A DNA stretch of 64,000 nt from a virus. Taxonomy: Duplodnaviria > Caudoviricetes. The stretch covers positions 64,001 to 128,000 of IMG/VR virus record IMGVR_UViG_3300021400_001148, one strand, 5' to 3'. Of this stretch, positions 48,414-56,727 are shown piece by piece; within the stretch, counting starts at the first letter, position 1; every line of letters begins with the position of its first letter. The notes under the pieces were generated by a model. It did not search any database and was not told the origin of the DNA. It saw only the letters and a program-made list of their open reading frames with translations. The translations under genes were made by a program, and so were the position numbers.

Positions 48414-48614
48414 ATGACAAAAAGCGAGTTATCAATACTTGAAAATGCATTGAAAGAAATACAAGACAAAGAACACGAATGTTTCCGGCAGATGGCTTAT
48501 CTTAAAGAACACAAGTTTGAAATGGAACGAGCCGCCATATCTTATAAGCAAGAGGCGTATAACAATAGCTGGCTAATTCTTTCATTCGCAATAGATAAAT
48601 TAAAGAAACAGTAA
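48414..48614 (+). CDS. hypothetical protein
   Basis: Ends in KKQ*. Confidence 0.6.
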   Translation: MTKSELSILENALKEIQDKEHECFRQMAYLKEHKFEMERAAISYKQEAYNNSWLILSFAIDKLKKQ

Positions 48615-48729
48615 CCAAGGGCGCGGAATGCGAGATAGATGAATAATGGCATAAGTATTAAGTCAGTCGCGACGCATATCTCGAACGCGCCCTTTTTATT
48701 AACCCGGCGAAAGCCTAAAAGAGAAAAAG

Positions 48730-49131
48730 ATGATTAAAGTTACTGAACTTCAAATAGGAGATTGGGTGCAGAATCCGCTTGGATGGAAGGCACAAGTACA
48801 GTCTATTAGATATGTGAACACCATCAAAGATGAGTGGGAGTGGCTGGTTAAGATTGGAATCAATAATGAAACATTTCAAGACCATTTATCATTAACCGAA
48901 ATAGAGCCTATCCCCTTAACGCCCGAAATCTTGGAGAAGAACGGATTTTCATGCCGTGGTGTCTGGTGTCTTCCTGGTGAAGATTTGGGCCTTCGGCAAG
49001 ACGGAGACAGTTGGGGGCTACTCTCATATTACGCCGAATATGATGCTTTGGCGTTTTGCCATATCAAATATGTCCACGAACTTCAGAACGCCCTTCGGCT
49101 TTGTGAGATTGAAAAAGAAATCAAATTATAG
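48730..49131 (+). CDS. family E protein
   Basis: Paralog of 20758. Confidence 0.7.
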   Translation: MIKVTELQIGDWVQNPLGWKAQVQSIRYVNTIKDEWEWLVKIGINNETFQDHLSLTEIEPIPLTPEILEKNGFSCRGVWCLPGEDLGLRQDGDSWGLLSYYAEYDALAFCHIKYVHELQNALRLCEIEKEIKL

Positions 49132-49204
49132 TATATATCTTTGAAAACTATATTCAGATTACAATTATGACAATGGTTAAATATAGACGTTAATTTAGAA
49201 TAAT

Positions 49205-49606
49205 ATGATTGTTGAAGATTATGTCAGTTTTGAGACTGCGAAACTCCTGAAGGAAAAGGGATTTGATGAACCTTGCCATTGTTTGTGGAATAATCCTCAT
49301 GGCACCCCTTATAATTCTATCGATTGTATGATGACGACCTATGAAGATATAGACCCCGAGGTTGTCCATCATTGGTATCTTTGTCCAACCCTCCAAATGG
49401 CAATAAAGTGGTTGAGGGAAAAACATTTAATTTTCTTCGACATTTTCCACATTATCGGAGACATTGAAGATGGCGAAGAGTTCCAAATAGGGGTTTATGA
49501 AAAAACAAGCACGGATACATACACTTGGAAAAATTGGATTAAAGGAGAAACATACGAAAAAACCTATGAAAAAGCAATCCAATATTGTCTTGAAAATTTA
49601 ATTTAG
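49205..49606 (+). CDS. family D protein
   Basis: Family D termini. Confidence 0.75.
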   Translation: MIVEDYVSFETAKLLKEKGFDEPCHCLWNNPHGTPYNSIDCMMTTYEDIDPEVVHHWYLCPTLQMAIKWLREKHLIFFDIFHIIGDIEDGEEFQIGVYEKTSTDTYTWKNWIKGETYEKTYEKAIQYCLENLI

Positions 49607-49608
49607 CC

Positions 49609-49974
49609 ATGACAAGAGAAGAAGCTATTGAGACTATAAAGGATATTTGTCTCACGACAGAACAGTTAACACACATTGAGGAAGCATTGGAGTGTTTGCT
49701 CTCCCAGCCCTCCCTTCCCTCCAACCTTGATGAGGCGGCAGAGAAGAACTTTGAAACCATGAAGGTTCTTGAACACGAAAACATCTTTGAAGAAACCCAC
49801 AATAGAATCTTCAAATCCGGGGCAGAGTGGATGGCGGGGCAGGGATATACAACAGAAAAAACGGTTAATAGAACGCCTCTTAACGGACCAGCTGGAATAT
49901 GCTTGAATCTTCACGATTCCACCGGCTTTAAGATTGGCGACAAAGTAATCGTTCAAGTCAGAAAGAAACGCTAA
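49609..49974 (+). CDS. family G protein
   Basis: QPSLPSNLDEAAE..FKSGAEWMAGQG..VQVRKK. Confidence 0.7.
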   Translation: MTREEAIETIKDICLTTEQLTHIEEALECLLSQPSLPSNLDEAAEKNFETMKVLEHENIFEETHNRIFKSGAEWMAGQGYTTEKTVNRTPLNGPAGICLNLHDSTGFKIGDKVIVQVRKKR

Positions 49975-50532
49975 TTTCCGTATTCTCCGTAACACCATTT
50001 TAACGGAATAATAAAGATGCGGACTTTTTCCGTGAATAGAATAGTATGAAGTCGGTGTTTCCCCGGGGTACGGATGTGGTTGACAGTCAGGATGTTATGC
50101 GGAAGCGCTTTGGGGGCCCCGGGGAAAAATAGGGGAAGAAAGTGGAAGAAAATGGAAAAAAGTGGAAAAATTGGCCTTCCGAACTGCGGCTCGTGCGGCC
50201 GCGACCCCCTGGAAACAGTAAAAAATTATTAAGTTACGAAAAAAAATCGACATATCCCCGGGGCCCGGCGCAATTCAATCAGCGGCGAAGTCCTTTCCGC
50301 ATTCAGCACATTTTATCGGAATATATTCTGCACAATATTTTATTTTTGTATATTTGTATAACCCCGGGGGTCCGGCAGTTTCCTTTTCCCCTGACCGGTA
50401 TTATTCCCCGGGGTTTTTATTATAATGGAATACGTTCGGCTACATAAGGCTGCAATTGTCAAAAGGTCGAAAAATCATCTATAGGAAATTCCGGAAAAGA
50501 GGGTATTTTATTGTCAAAAGGTCGAAATTCAG

Positions 50533-50778
50533 ATGAAGTCCAAGTTCAAGATAGGAATGGAATCCCCGGGGGTTGTGATTGACACCACCTCTTGGGGATA
50601 TTCCCCCGGGGCGGGTGTGGATGTATTTTACCCACAGTGGATGAGGGCGGTTCTTTCTCCCCGGGGCGTGAACGACATCGGTGCCATATGGTTGTTCGGG
50701 GAAAGTATGAAAATGACCGGCCACGGGGATGTGTTCATCTTCAGGAACCAGAACCGGCTTAAGTACTACGGGAAATGA
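50533..50778 (+). CDS. hypothetical protein
   Basis: 81-aa ATG ORF. Confidence 0.45.
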   Translation: MKSKFKIGMESPGVVIDTTSWGYSPGAGVDVFYPQWMRAVLSPRGVNDIGAIWLFGESMKMTGHGDVFIFRNQNRLKYYGK

Positions 50779-50963
50779 GAAAGGTTGACAGTCCCTCTGG
50801 TTTTAGGAGGATTTTCGAAGTCGGGGTGAAATATATTTTCGACCCGTATTTCTGGTACTATTCCCGGTACGAGCCTCCGCAGGATGAAAATCCCAATTCT
50901 TTCAGGGACTGGAACAGATTTTCAGAGCGGTGGTAATATTTATAGAGGATAAAACTTTTATAT

Positions 50964-51149
50964 ATGCCAGAAAGGGTTTTCAGTGGACTTATGATTGCAT
51001 TCGGGCTTGGGGGTGTGTTCTATTCCCTCGCGCATCTTATGCTTGTCAATCCCATCGCCGGGGTTGTCGGTTTCCTTGTGAGTATGATTGTGGCGATACT
51101 GGGTCTGGACGACAGTGCGAAGAACGACGAACGCAACGGGAAAAAATAA
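50964..51149 (+). CDS. small two-TM membrane protein
   Basis: Two hydrophobic helices and a charged tail. Confidence 0.55.
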   Translation: MPERVFSGLMIAFGLGGVFYSLAHLMLVNPIAGVVGFLVSMIVAILGLDDSAKNDERNGKK

Positions 51150-51472
51150 CAGATTGAAACTTTTTTTGAATTTTTGCTTACGATTTTTTATTTTTTCGTA
51201 AGTGAATTTTTTGAAAACTGTAAGCAAAAAGGGGCTAACCTGAGAAAGGCTGGTCCCTTAATATTTTTTCGGTGTGTCGTGCATCCGTCTGAAGACATTG
51301 AGGCATTGGATGCTCCAGTTTATGAAATATACCTCCCGGGGGTTGGCGTTCATATATCCGCGGGAGACAAGTGCTCTTCTGGTGTTGAACATCTTGCTCC
51401 TGAGACTGATGGTATCTATCCCCGGGGAATCCGGTGTGCGGACACAGTGCCGGTAGAAAAATTCAATGTTTC

Positions 51473-51715
51473 TCATATTCTGTTTGGTTGGTCCCTGTGT
51501 ATCTTGTTTTCCGGGCGGTGCATTTTCCTGAACTCGTTGAGGTATTGGAGCGAGTAGTTTACGAAATAATGTGCCCCGGGGTCTTTGTTTTTGTCCCACC
51601 ACAGCATCTGGGAAGGAAAGACGAAAAGGCGGCCGTACCAATATTCTATGCCTATGCTTGCAGGGGAATCCATTGAATGTCCGGCGTGCTTGTTTGCAAA
51701 TTCAATCCATCTCAT
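51473..51715 (-). CDS. hypothetical protein
   Basis: One of a run of small Trp-rich coupled ORFs (51258-51911). Confidence 0.5.
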   Translation of the reverse strand: MRWIEFANKHAGHSMDSPASIGIEYWYGRLFVFPSQMLWWDKNKDPGAHYFVNYSLQYLNEFRKMHRPENKIHRDQPNRI

Positions 51716-51911
51716 AATAATAGTCTTCCGTGTGCTGGTCTACCCATTCCGGGTTTCTTGTCCGTGGCCAGTTGGGGCCGAGTCCAAGTGCGATGTCCCC
51801 GGGGTACTGGATAAAAGAAAAGCGCTCCCAGAAGAAAATATCATCGGGAGTGCTGTCGAAGAGGCTGTCCTCGGGGAAATATCTTGCCGGCGATTCTGGG
51901 CCCCTTTCCAT
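51702..51911 (-). CDS. hypothetical protein
   Basis: Coupled small ORF. Confidence 0.5.
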   Translation of the reverse strand: MERGPESPARYFPEDSLFDSTPDDIFFWERFSFIQYPGDIALGLGPNWPRTRNPEWVDQHTEDYYYEMD

Positions 51912-51913
51912 TG

Positions 51914-52420
51914 TTACTTCCTGTGCAGGGCTTCTACTGCCATTATTGAATAGGCCGCAAGGTCCCTCAGCGTGTCTTCAATGCTTTCGTCCTTGACCTT
52001 CTGTTCAACCCCGGGGGATGTAAGGGTCTTCAGCCTGCGGTACTTGTCGCCGATACGCATAACATATGAATTGATGCCGAACTCCTTGTAGGATTCATAT
52101 GCAGCGTCACCGTAATCGTTGTTCTTCCGTTCGTGGAGGTCCATAATCTCACGGGCGATGGTGTCAAATGTGAGGATGCGATTCGTCTGGAAATCTGCTT
52201 TGGCTGCGGCGACTCCCTCATCGGAAATTCTTTCCTTGTCAGGGCCACAGCTCTCCCAAGGGCGGTAGGTGGCGTATTCCTCCCACCATTTTTTTCCTTC
52301 AAGCGTTGGAGATTCCTTCACTTCCGCCTCTGGTGCCACATAGGGCTTCCCTGATTTGTCTTCCTCTACCGGCACATTCCAGTATCTCGGTGTGTTTGCA
52401 TTAAGTTTATTCTTTACCAT
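51914..52420 (-). CDS. DUF1599 / nucleotide-modification-associated domain protein
   Basis: KNNDYGDA...RI.DK..RL..L......DESIEDTL.DLA.Y. Confidence 0.8.
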   Translation of the reverse strand: MVKNKLNANTPRYWNVPVEEDKSGKPYVAPEAEVKESPTLEGKKWWEEYATYRPWESCGPDKERISDEGVAAAKADFQTNRILTFDTIAREIMDLHERKNNDYGDAAYESYKEFGINSYVMRIGDKYRRLKTLTSPGVEQKVKDESIEDTLRDLAAYSIMAVEALHRK

Positions 52421-52520
52421 ACTTTGTTTGTATTTTTTGTGGACCCCGGGGACGGTGACACTCCGCCTTACGCCCGGTAAAAGCCGGGGCTTCATAAACC
52501 AAAAGCCTCCCGGGGTTGTT

Positions 52521-53366
52521 TTATTCCAGCACTGTTATCGCACTGGGAGGGATGTTGTCGAAAGTGTAGACCGCCTGATACTGTCTGGGGTCATAGTAGA
52601 ACCTTGCCCCGGGGACTGCGGCCACATCTATTTCAAGCTGTACGAAAGTATCCCCCTCCGGATTCTTCTCCTTAAAATAAAATTCGGGTTGTATGGCGTT
52701 TTTCTTGGTGAAGAAATATATCCTCGATGTGTCGGCCTTCACATTCTCCGGTTTGAGCAGGGTCTCGTTTTCTCCCTTGGTGTGCCCGCCGAAGCCTTTC
52801 CACTGGCTCAGTTTGGGGTTGAGGCCGATGCGGAGGATTTTCTTCAGATGGCGGGTCTTGCAGAAATGGTAGAGTTTTCCCAGTTTCCGTACCTCGTCGG
52901 TAAGGTCCTCGGTGAACTTCTTCTCGAGCGAGACTGTCAGGCATCTCCCCCCGGGGATTCCCGAAAAACTTGAAACCCGTTCACTGACATATGCCCAGCC
53001 GAAATCCTGTGCACGGCTGATGGCTTTCCACTTGATGGTCTCCTCCATTTCCTGATTGGTTATGTGGATGATGATATGATTCTTATCCCCGGTAATCAGG
53101 ATGAACCCGTTGTACTCCCCCGGGGTGTATTCACTGGGGGTGTATTCATTGATGGGGCTCAGGTTGAGGAGACTGCACAGGTGCTTTACCAGCATTTCCG
53201 CGGGGTAGGTCCTCAACACCGCCTCGTCCAGCGCAAGAAGCGGGGCGTATTCCATCTTCGCCATATCCTCATCCAGTGACACCGGCCTGAGCCTTCCTCC
53301 GGTTATCATCTCCCCGGGGAAACCTCTGACCTCGCCGGTCTTTTCATCTATTCTTGCTTTTTCCAT
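52521..53366 (-). CDS. protein with C-terminal KptA/Tpt1-like ADP-ribosyltransferase fold
   Basis: LYH.......IL..GL.P, RIYF, LEID and YTFDNIPP.AI motifs; start placed after the TATATTTG box at 53374-53381. Confidence 0.6.
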   Translation of the reverse strand: MEKARIDEKTGEVRGFPGEMITGGRLRPVSLDEDMAKMEYAPLLALDEAVLRTYPAEMLVKHLCSLLNLSPINEYTPSEYTPGEYNGFILITGDKNHIIIHITNQEMEETIKWKAISRAQDFGWAYVSERVSSFSGIPGGRCLTVSLEKKFTEDLTDEVRKLGKLYHFCKTRHLKKILRIGLNPKLSQWKGFGGHTKGENETLLKPENVKADTSRIYFFTKKNAIQPEFYFKEKNPEGDTFVQLEIDVAAVPGARFYYDPRQYQAVYTFDNIPPSAITVLE

Positions 53367-53521
53367 CTCTATGCAAATATACAAAAAATATTTGGAATTG
53401 TGAATAAAAGACCCCGGGGGAAAGATGCCTTTATTAAAAAAAAGCGCACGATGGAGAACATACTTCACGGTTAAAATTAAATTCGCCCCCTGCTTGTGCC
53501 TACTACTTTCTTTCGACATTA

Positions 53522-53564
53522 TAAAGATACGAAAAATATTACTGACTTTACCGGCCTCGGCGCA
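53522..53564 (-). promoter_or_regulatory. bipartite promoter (variant box TATCTTTA)
   Basis: TGCGCC 35 nt upstream of the box. Confidence 0.6.
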
Positions 53565-53674
53565 ATAAAGCCCCCGGGGGGAAATAATACGCCCACACTT
53601 CGGCGCAGGTTGGAGTCTAGTTTCTGCGGTTGGGGTCACTGCTCCGCAAGTATGGCTACTTCCTTTCACCAGTA

Positions 53675-53717
53675 CAAAGATAGCAAAAAAATCTGAGAAC
53701 CCCGGGGACTGGGCGCA
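53675..53717 (-). promoter_or_regulatory. bipartite promoter
   Basis: TGCGCC and TATCTTTG, 35-nt offset. Confidence 0.7.
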
Positions 53718-53745
53718 AGGTGCGCTGCTGAAAAATGCGCTGCTG

Positions 53746-53828
53746 AAAAAAAAAAGAAGCCCGACATCTCACGACGGCGGACTTCCGAATAAATGTAAAT
53801 AATGATACTAGTAAATAATGATAAAAGT
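53746..53828 (-). ncRNA. candidate ~85-nt small RNA
   Basis: Lies between the 53834-53876 promoter and the terminator GAAGTCCG...CGGGCTTC-T9; contains TATCATTATTTAC twice. Confidence 0.5.
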
Positions 53829-53833
53829 CAGTA

Positions 53834-53876
53834 CAAATATACAAAAAAATTTTCAGACTTTGCCGTGTACGGCGCA
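53834..53876 (-). promoter_or_regulatory. bipartite promoter
   Basis: TGCGCC and TATATTTG, 35-nt offset. Confidence 0.75.
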
Positions 53877-53881
53877 GCCCG

Positions 53882-54703
53882 CTACATCTCGTCAAGCGGT
53901 TTCTGGGGAACACCGTCCAGAACCGGAAGGTCCCTGTCCTGACGGGCCTTGACAATCGCACGCCCGAAGTTACGGTAATAGGATTTCAGTACCTCGTCGT
54001 AGATTTTCTTGAACTGCCCCGGGGATACTTTGTATTTCTTCAACTCCAGTTCGGTACGCTTGTCGGAAAGGAAATCCTCCTTGTTGTCGTTGAGGTATTT
54101 GATGTTCCGGTATACCACTGTACTTTTAAGAGCCTTCTCTTCTTCTTCCGGGGATTTAGCCTGAAGAACAGCGGCGTAGATATTGTTGATATTGGCGTCG
54201 GTCTCCGCTTTCTCGTAGTAGTAAAAGACAAAGGCCACGGCTCGCGGAATCAAGCTCATGCTGGCGAGACTGGCAGTAGCTGTCCGGTATATATTCTCGT
54301 CACGGACCAAGTTCGGCCTGATTCCGGAAGCGTGCTGGAATGCGTGGTGGAGTTCGTGCTGAAGGTTCAGGGAACTGATGAGTTTCTTCTCACTGACGAT
54401 ATACCCGGAGTTGAGGTAGATGCTCTTCGTGGCTTGGTTGTAACTGGAGTTCATGCCACCCCAGGAACTCGCACGCTGGTAGTCGGCCATAGTCTGGAAC
54501 GGAACGACCCTGTATACCACGGGGATTTCAATTTCTTTCCCCGGGGTTTTTATAGTCGCCCACTCATATCCAGTCAGGGTGTCACTTATCGGAGGATTGC
54601 TCTTGACTTTCTCGGATATCGCCTTCCAGATTCTTCCGGCCTCCGAGGCGACACTGTCATTCACCCCGAGTTCCTCGTTGATGTACTGTTTGATTTCTTC
54701 CAT
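53882..54703 (-). CDS. HExxH zinc-peptidase-like protein
   Basis: LQHELHHAFQ with a downstream E (AETDAN). Confidence 0.65.
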   Translation of the reverse strand: MEEIKQYINEELGVNDSVASEAGRIWKAISEKVKSNPPISDTLTGYEWATIKTPGKEIEIPVVYRVVPFQTMADYQRASSWGGMNSSYNQATKSIYLNSGYIVSEKKLISSLNLQHELHHAFQHASGIRPNLVRDENIYRTATASLASMSLIPRAVAFVFYYYEKAETDANINNIYAAVLQAKSPEEEEKALKSTVVYRNIKYLNDNKEDFLSDKRTELELKKYKVSPGQFKKIYDEVLKSYYRNFGRAIVKARQDRDLPVLDGVPQKPLDEM

Positions 54704-54706
54704 GTA

Positions 54707-55201
54707 TCAGTTATTCGGGTTTGTCCAGCCCCGGGGGATGTCCGTGTAGGCATCGCCCCTGAGCTGCTGCTTCCGCCAGTCGGAGGTATAGTGGTAGACC
54801 TGCCCCCGGGCCGCCTTCAATGTTTTCTCATATGCCCGTCTGCACTCTTCCTTCGCCGCATTGACAAACTCCGGGGCCTTGTCGTTGAGGAACGCGTCGG
54901 AGTCAATCATATTGTAGGCCTTGCAGTAAAAAGCCGCAAAGTATCCGTCGCTCGGTGCCTTGGCGTATGCCTCAACAACTTTCTCCCACTCGTCGTTTAT
55001 GCTCTTCACATACCGTTTCTTGCCCTCGTCACCGGTCTTGTGTTCTGTCACGGTAGCACTGTAAACGACGGAACCTATGCATATCACGAACTCCCTGTAG
55101 GTTTCAGCATACACATAGTTGAAGTTGAGGTGCTCGTGCTGTGACTTCCCCGGGGTGAGGAAGAGCAGGAGAGAAATTATGGAGAGGATTGTTCTTTTCA
55201 T
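54707..55201 (-). CDS. exported hypothetical protein
   Basis: Signal peptide MKRTILSIISLLLFLTPG. Confidence 0.6.
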   Translation of the reverse strand: MKRTILSIISLLLFLTPGKSQHEHLNFNYVYAETYREFVICIGSVVYSATVTEHKTGDEGKKRYVKSINDEWEKVVEAYAKAPSDGYFAAFYCKAYNMIDSDAFLNDKAPEFVNAAKEECRRAYEKTLKAARGQVYHYTSDWRKQQLRGDAYTDIPRGWTNPNN

Positions 55202-55249
55202 GCGTTGAGGTAAAATGTGGGACTCAAACGAGTACCAATAGCGCCGGTA

Positions 55250-55558
55250 TCAGAGGTCCTCCGGCTTCTCGAGGGTTTTCATCTCCGCAAGGATGCGGGT
55301 ACGGTCGGCGGCGGTGAGGGTGGGCCGTGCGACAGGTCTTGTGTGTGGGCCGGCGGGGTTGGGGTCGTGCGGTGGACGGGTGTCTTCTTTTTTCCCCGGG
55401 GTGTTCCCTTCATCGTGAGTCACCTCCCGGTGTATGGTAAGCACTTCGTCCTCTATCACATTGACCTCGTCCTTTACATAGTCCAGTTCTGACTTAAGCA
55501 GATAGTATAATACTATTGCAAGGGCAATTATAATTGCCAGAGAATACACGGTGTTCAT
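55250..55558 (-). CDS. membrane-anchored hypothetical protein
   Basis: Start moved to MNTVYSLAIIIALAIVLYY. Confidence 0.55.
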   Translation of the reverse strand: MNTVYSLAIIIALAIVLYYLLKSELDYVKDEVNVIEDEVLTIHREVTHDEGNTPGKKEDTRPPHDPNPAGPHTRPVARPTLTAADRTRILAEMKTLEKPEDL

Positions 55559-55559
55559 A

Positions 55560-55868
55560 CTACTCTTCCGCGGGCCTCCACATCCCTCCTGAATAACGCT
55601 GGGTGTTGAGGATACCCAGAAACTCCTCCGGGGTGGCATATGAAACTCTCTCCCGGAGCACCCCGTAACCGTTGAAGGAAGTCCTCTCCTTGACAAAGCA
55701 GGCCCCGGGGTATCCGTCCCCTCCCCTGTAATAAGTAATGCAGTCATATCCCAGACTCTTCCTCTGGTTGTCTGAAAGGTAGAGGGTTGTAGCGTGGGAC
55801 ATCTCATATTCCCCGCAGCCGCTCTTGGCAATGATATTATCAATAATGGTGATACAAGAATTAGTCAT
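55560..55868 (-). CDS. hypothetical protein
   Basis: 102-aa packed ORF. Confidence 0.5.
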   Translation of the reverse strand: MTNSCITIIDNIIAKSGCGEYEMSHATTLYLSDNQRKSLGYDCITYYRGGDGYPGACFVKERTSFNGYGVLRERVSYATPEEFLGILNTQRYSGGMWRPAEE

Positions 55869-55870
55869 GT

Positions 55871-56575
55871 TTATTCTTCTAAGAGTTTTTTTAATTCAGC
55901 AGTCTTCTTTGGTAGCCCTAATTTTTCAATATGCTTTCTGATACTGGTTTCACTAACCCCTAATTCCCTAGATACAGCACTACGGTTGTAATCGTTCTCT
56001 TTTAATATTTTTATAAATTCTTCGTCACTTAAATTTATTTTGGCTCTTTGCTTTGATGCGCAAGAAAGACAATATATTGCTGCCTTTGTTTTGACCTCTC
56101 TCCCACAGATGGGACAATACTTTTTTTCTTTTTTACTTACCCCACAATAATTTTCTGTTTGGCTGTGGCAGTTGGGACATAAGATTTGCAAGTTTTCTAA
56201 TCTATTATCTTTATGGTTACCGTTTTTATGGTGTAACTGACACACCAGTGGTTTTCCTTGCCATTCACTAACACCGCATATCTCGCATTTATTCTCCTTA
56301 AAACCGTCCTTAATTAATCTGCTTTTTAATTTCGAAGAAGTAATGAATGTGCCATCTATAGTCAAGTATTCCTCGGTTTTTTTCTGTAGTTTTGGAATTT
56401 CTTTGGGGTGGAAAGTGAAATGCTGATTTGTGATATTGTACAATTCCATTTTCCTTTTAAGTGTACTAACATTATTTCCTTGGCATGGAATTCCTAATTT
56501 CCGCAAAGTTTCTTGATAAGAAAAACTGGCATTCACTGCCGCTCTTATGTCGCTTTCATTCCAATTGTATTTCAT
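55871..56575 (-). CDS. free-standing HNH endonuclease with Zn ribbon and C-terminal HTH
   Basis: CEICG..LHHKNGNHKDNRLENLQILCPNCH, CPICG..CLSC and SAVSRELGVSETSIRK. Confidence 0.9.
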   Translation of the reverse strand: MKYNWNESDIRAAVNASFSYQETLRKLGIPCQGNNVSTLKRKMELYNITNQHFTFHPKEIPKLQKKTEEYLTIDGTFITSSKLKSRLIKDGFKENKCEICGVSEWQGKPLVCQLHHKNGNHKDNRLENLQILCPNCHSQTENYCGVSKKEKKYCPICGREVKTKAAIYCLSCASKQRAKINLSDEEFIKILKENDYNRSAVSRELGVSETSIRKHIEKLGLPKKTAELKKLLEE

Positions 56576-56593
56576 ATTTTAACACTATTTAAG

Positions 56594-56665
56594 TTGCCCC
56601 ACCCCGAGTTGAACAGGGATTACTGGTGCCAAAAACCAGTGTAATTACCGTTATACGATAGGGCA
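56594..56665 (-). tRNA. tRNA-Gln(UUG), CCA not encoded
   Basis: Acceptor TGCCCTA/TGGGGCA; anticodon arm CTGGT-TTTTGGC-ACCAG; T-loop GTTCAA. Confidence 0.85.
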
Positions 56666-56727
56666 GTCAGTTATAAATAGTGTTAGTACGAATTTTTTTT
56701 ACTTTATTTACAAACATTTTAGTGTTG

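Noticed and set aside
11303-49974. Classical integron
   Set aside because: No tyrosine integrase and no attC-like long palindromes; the joints are short direct repeats.
53367-53669. N-terminal extension of the 52521 ORF
   Set aside because: It crosses two promoter boxes and a T run; the ATG at 53366 fits better. It remains the alternative to the sRNA hypothesis.
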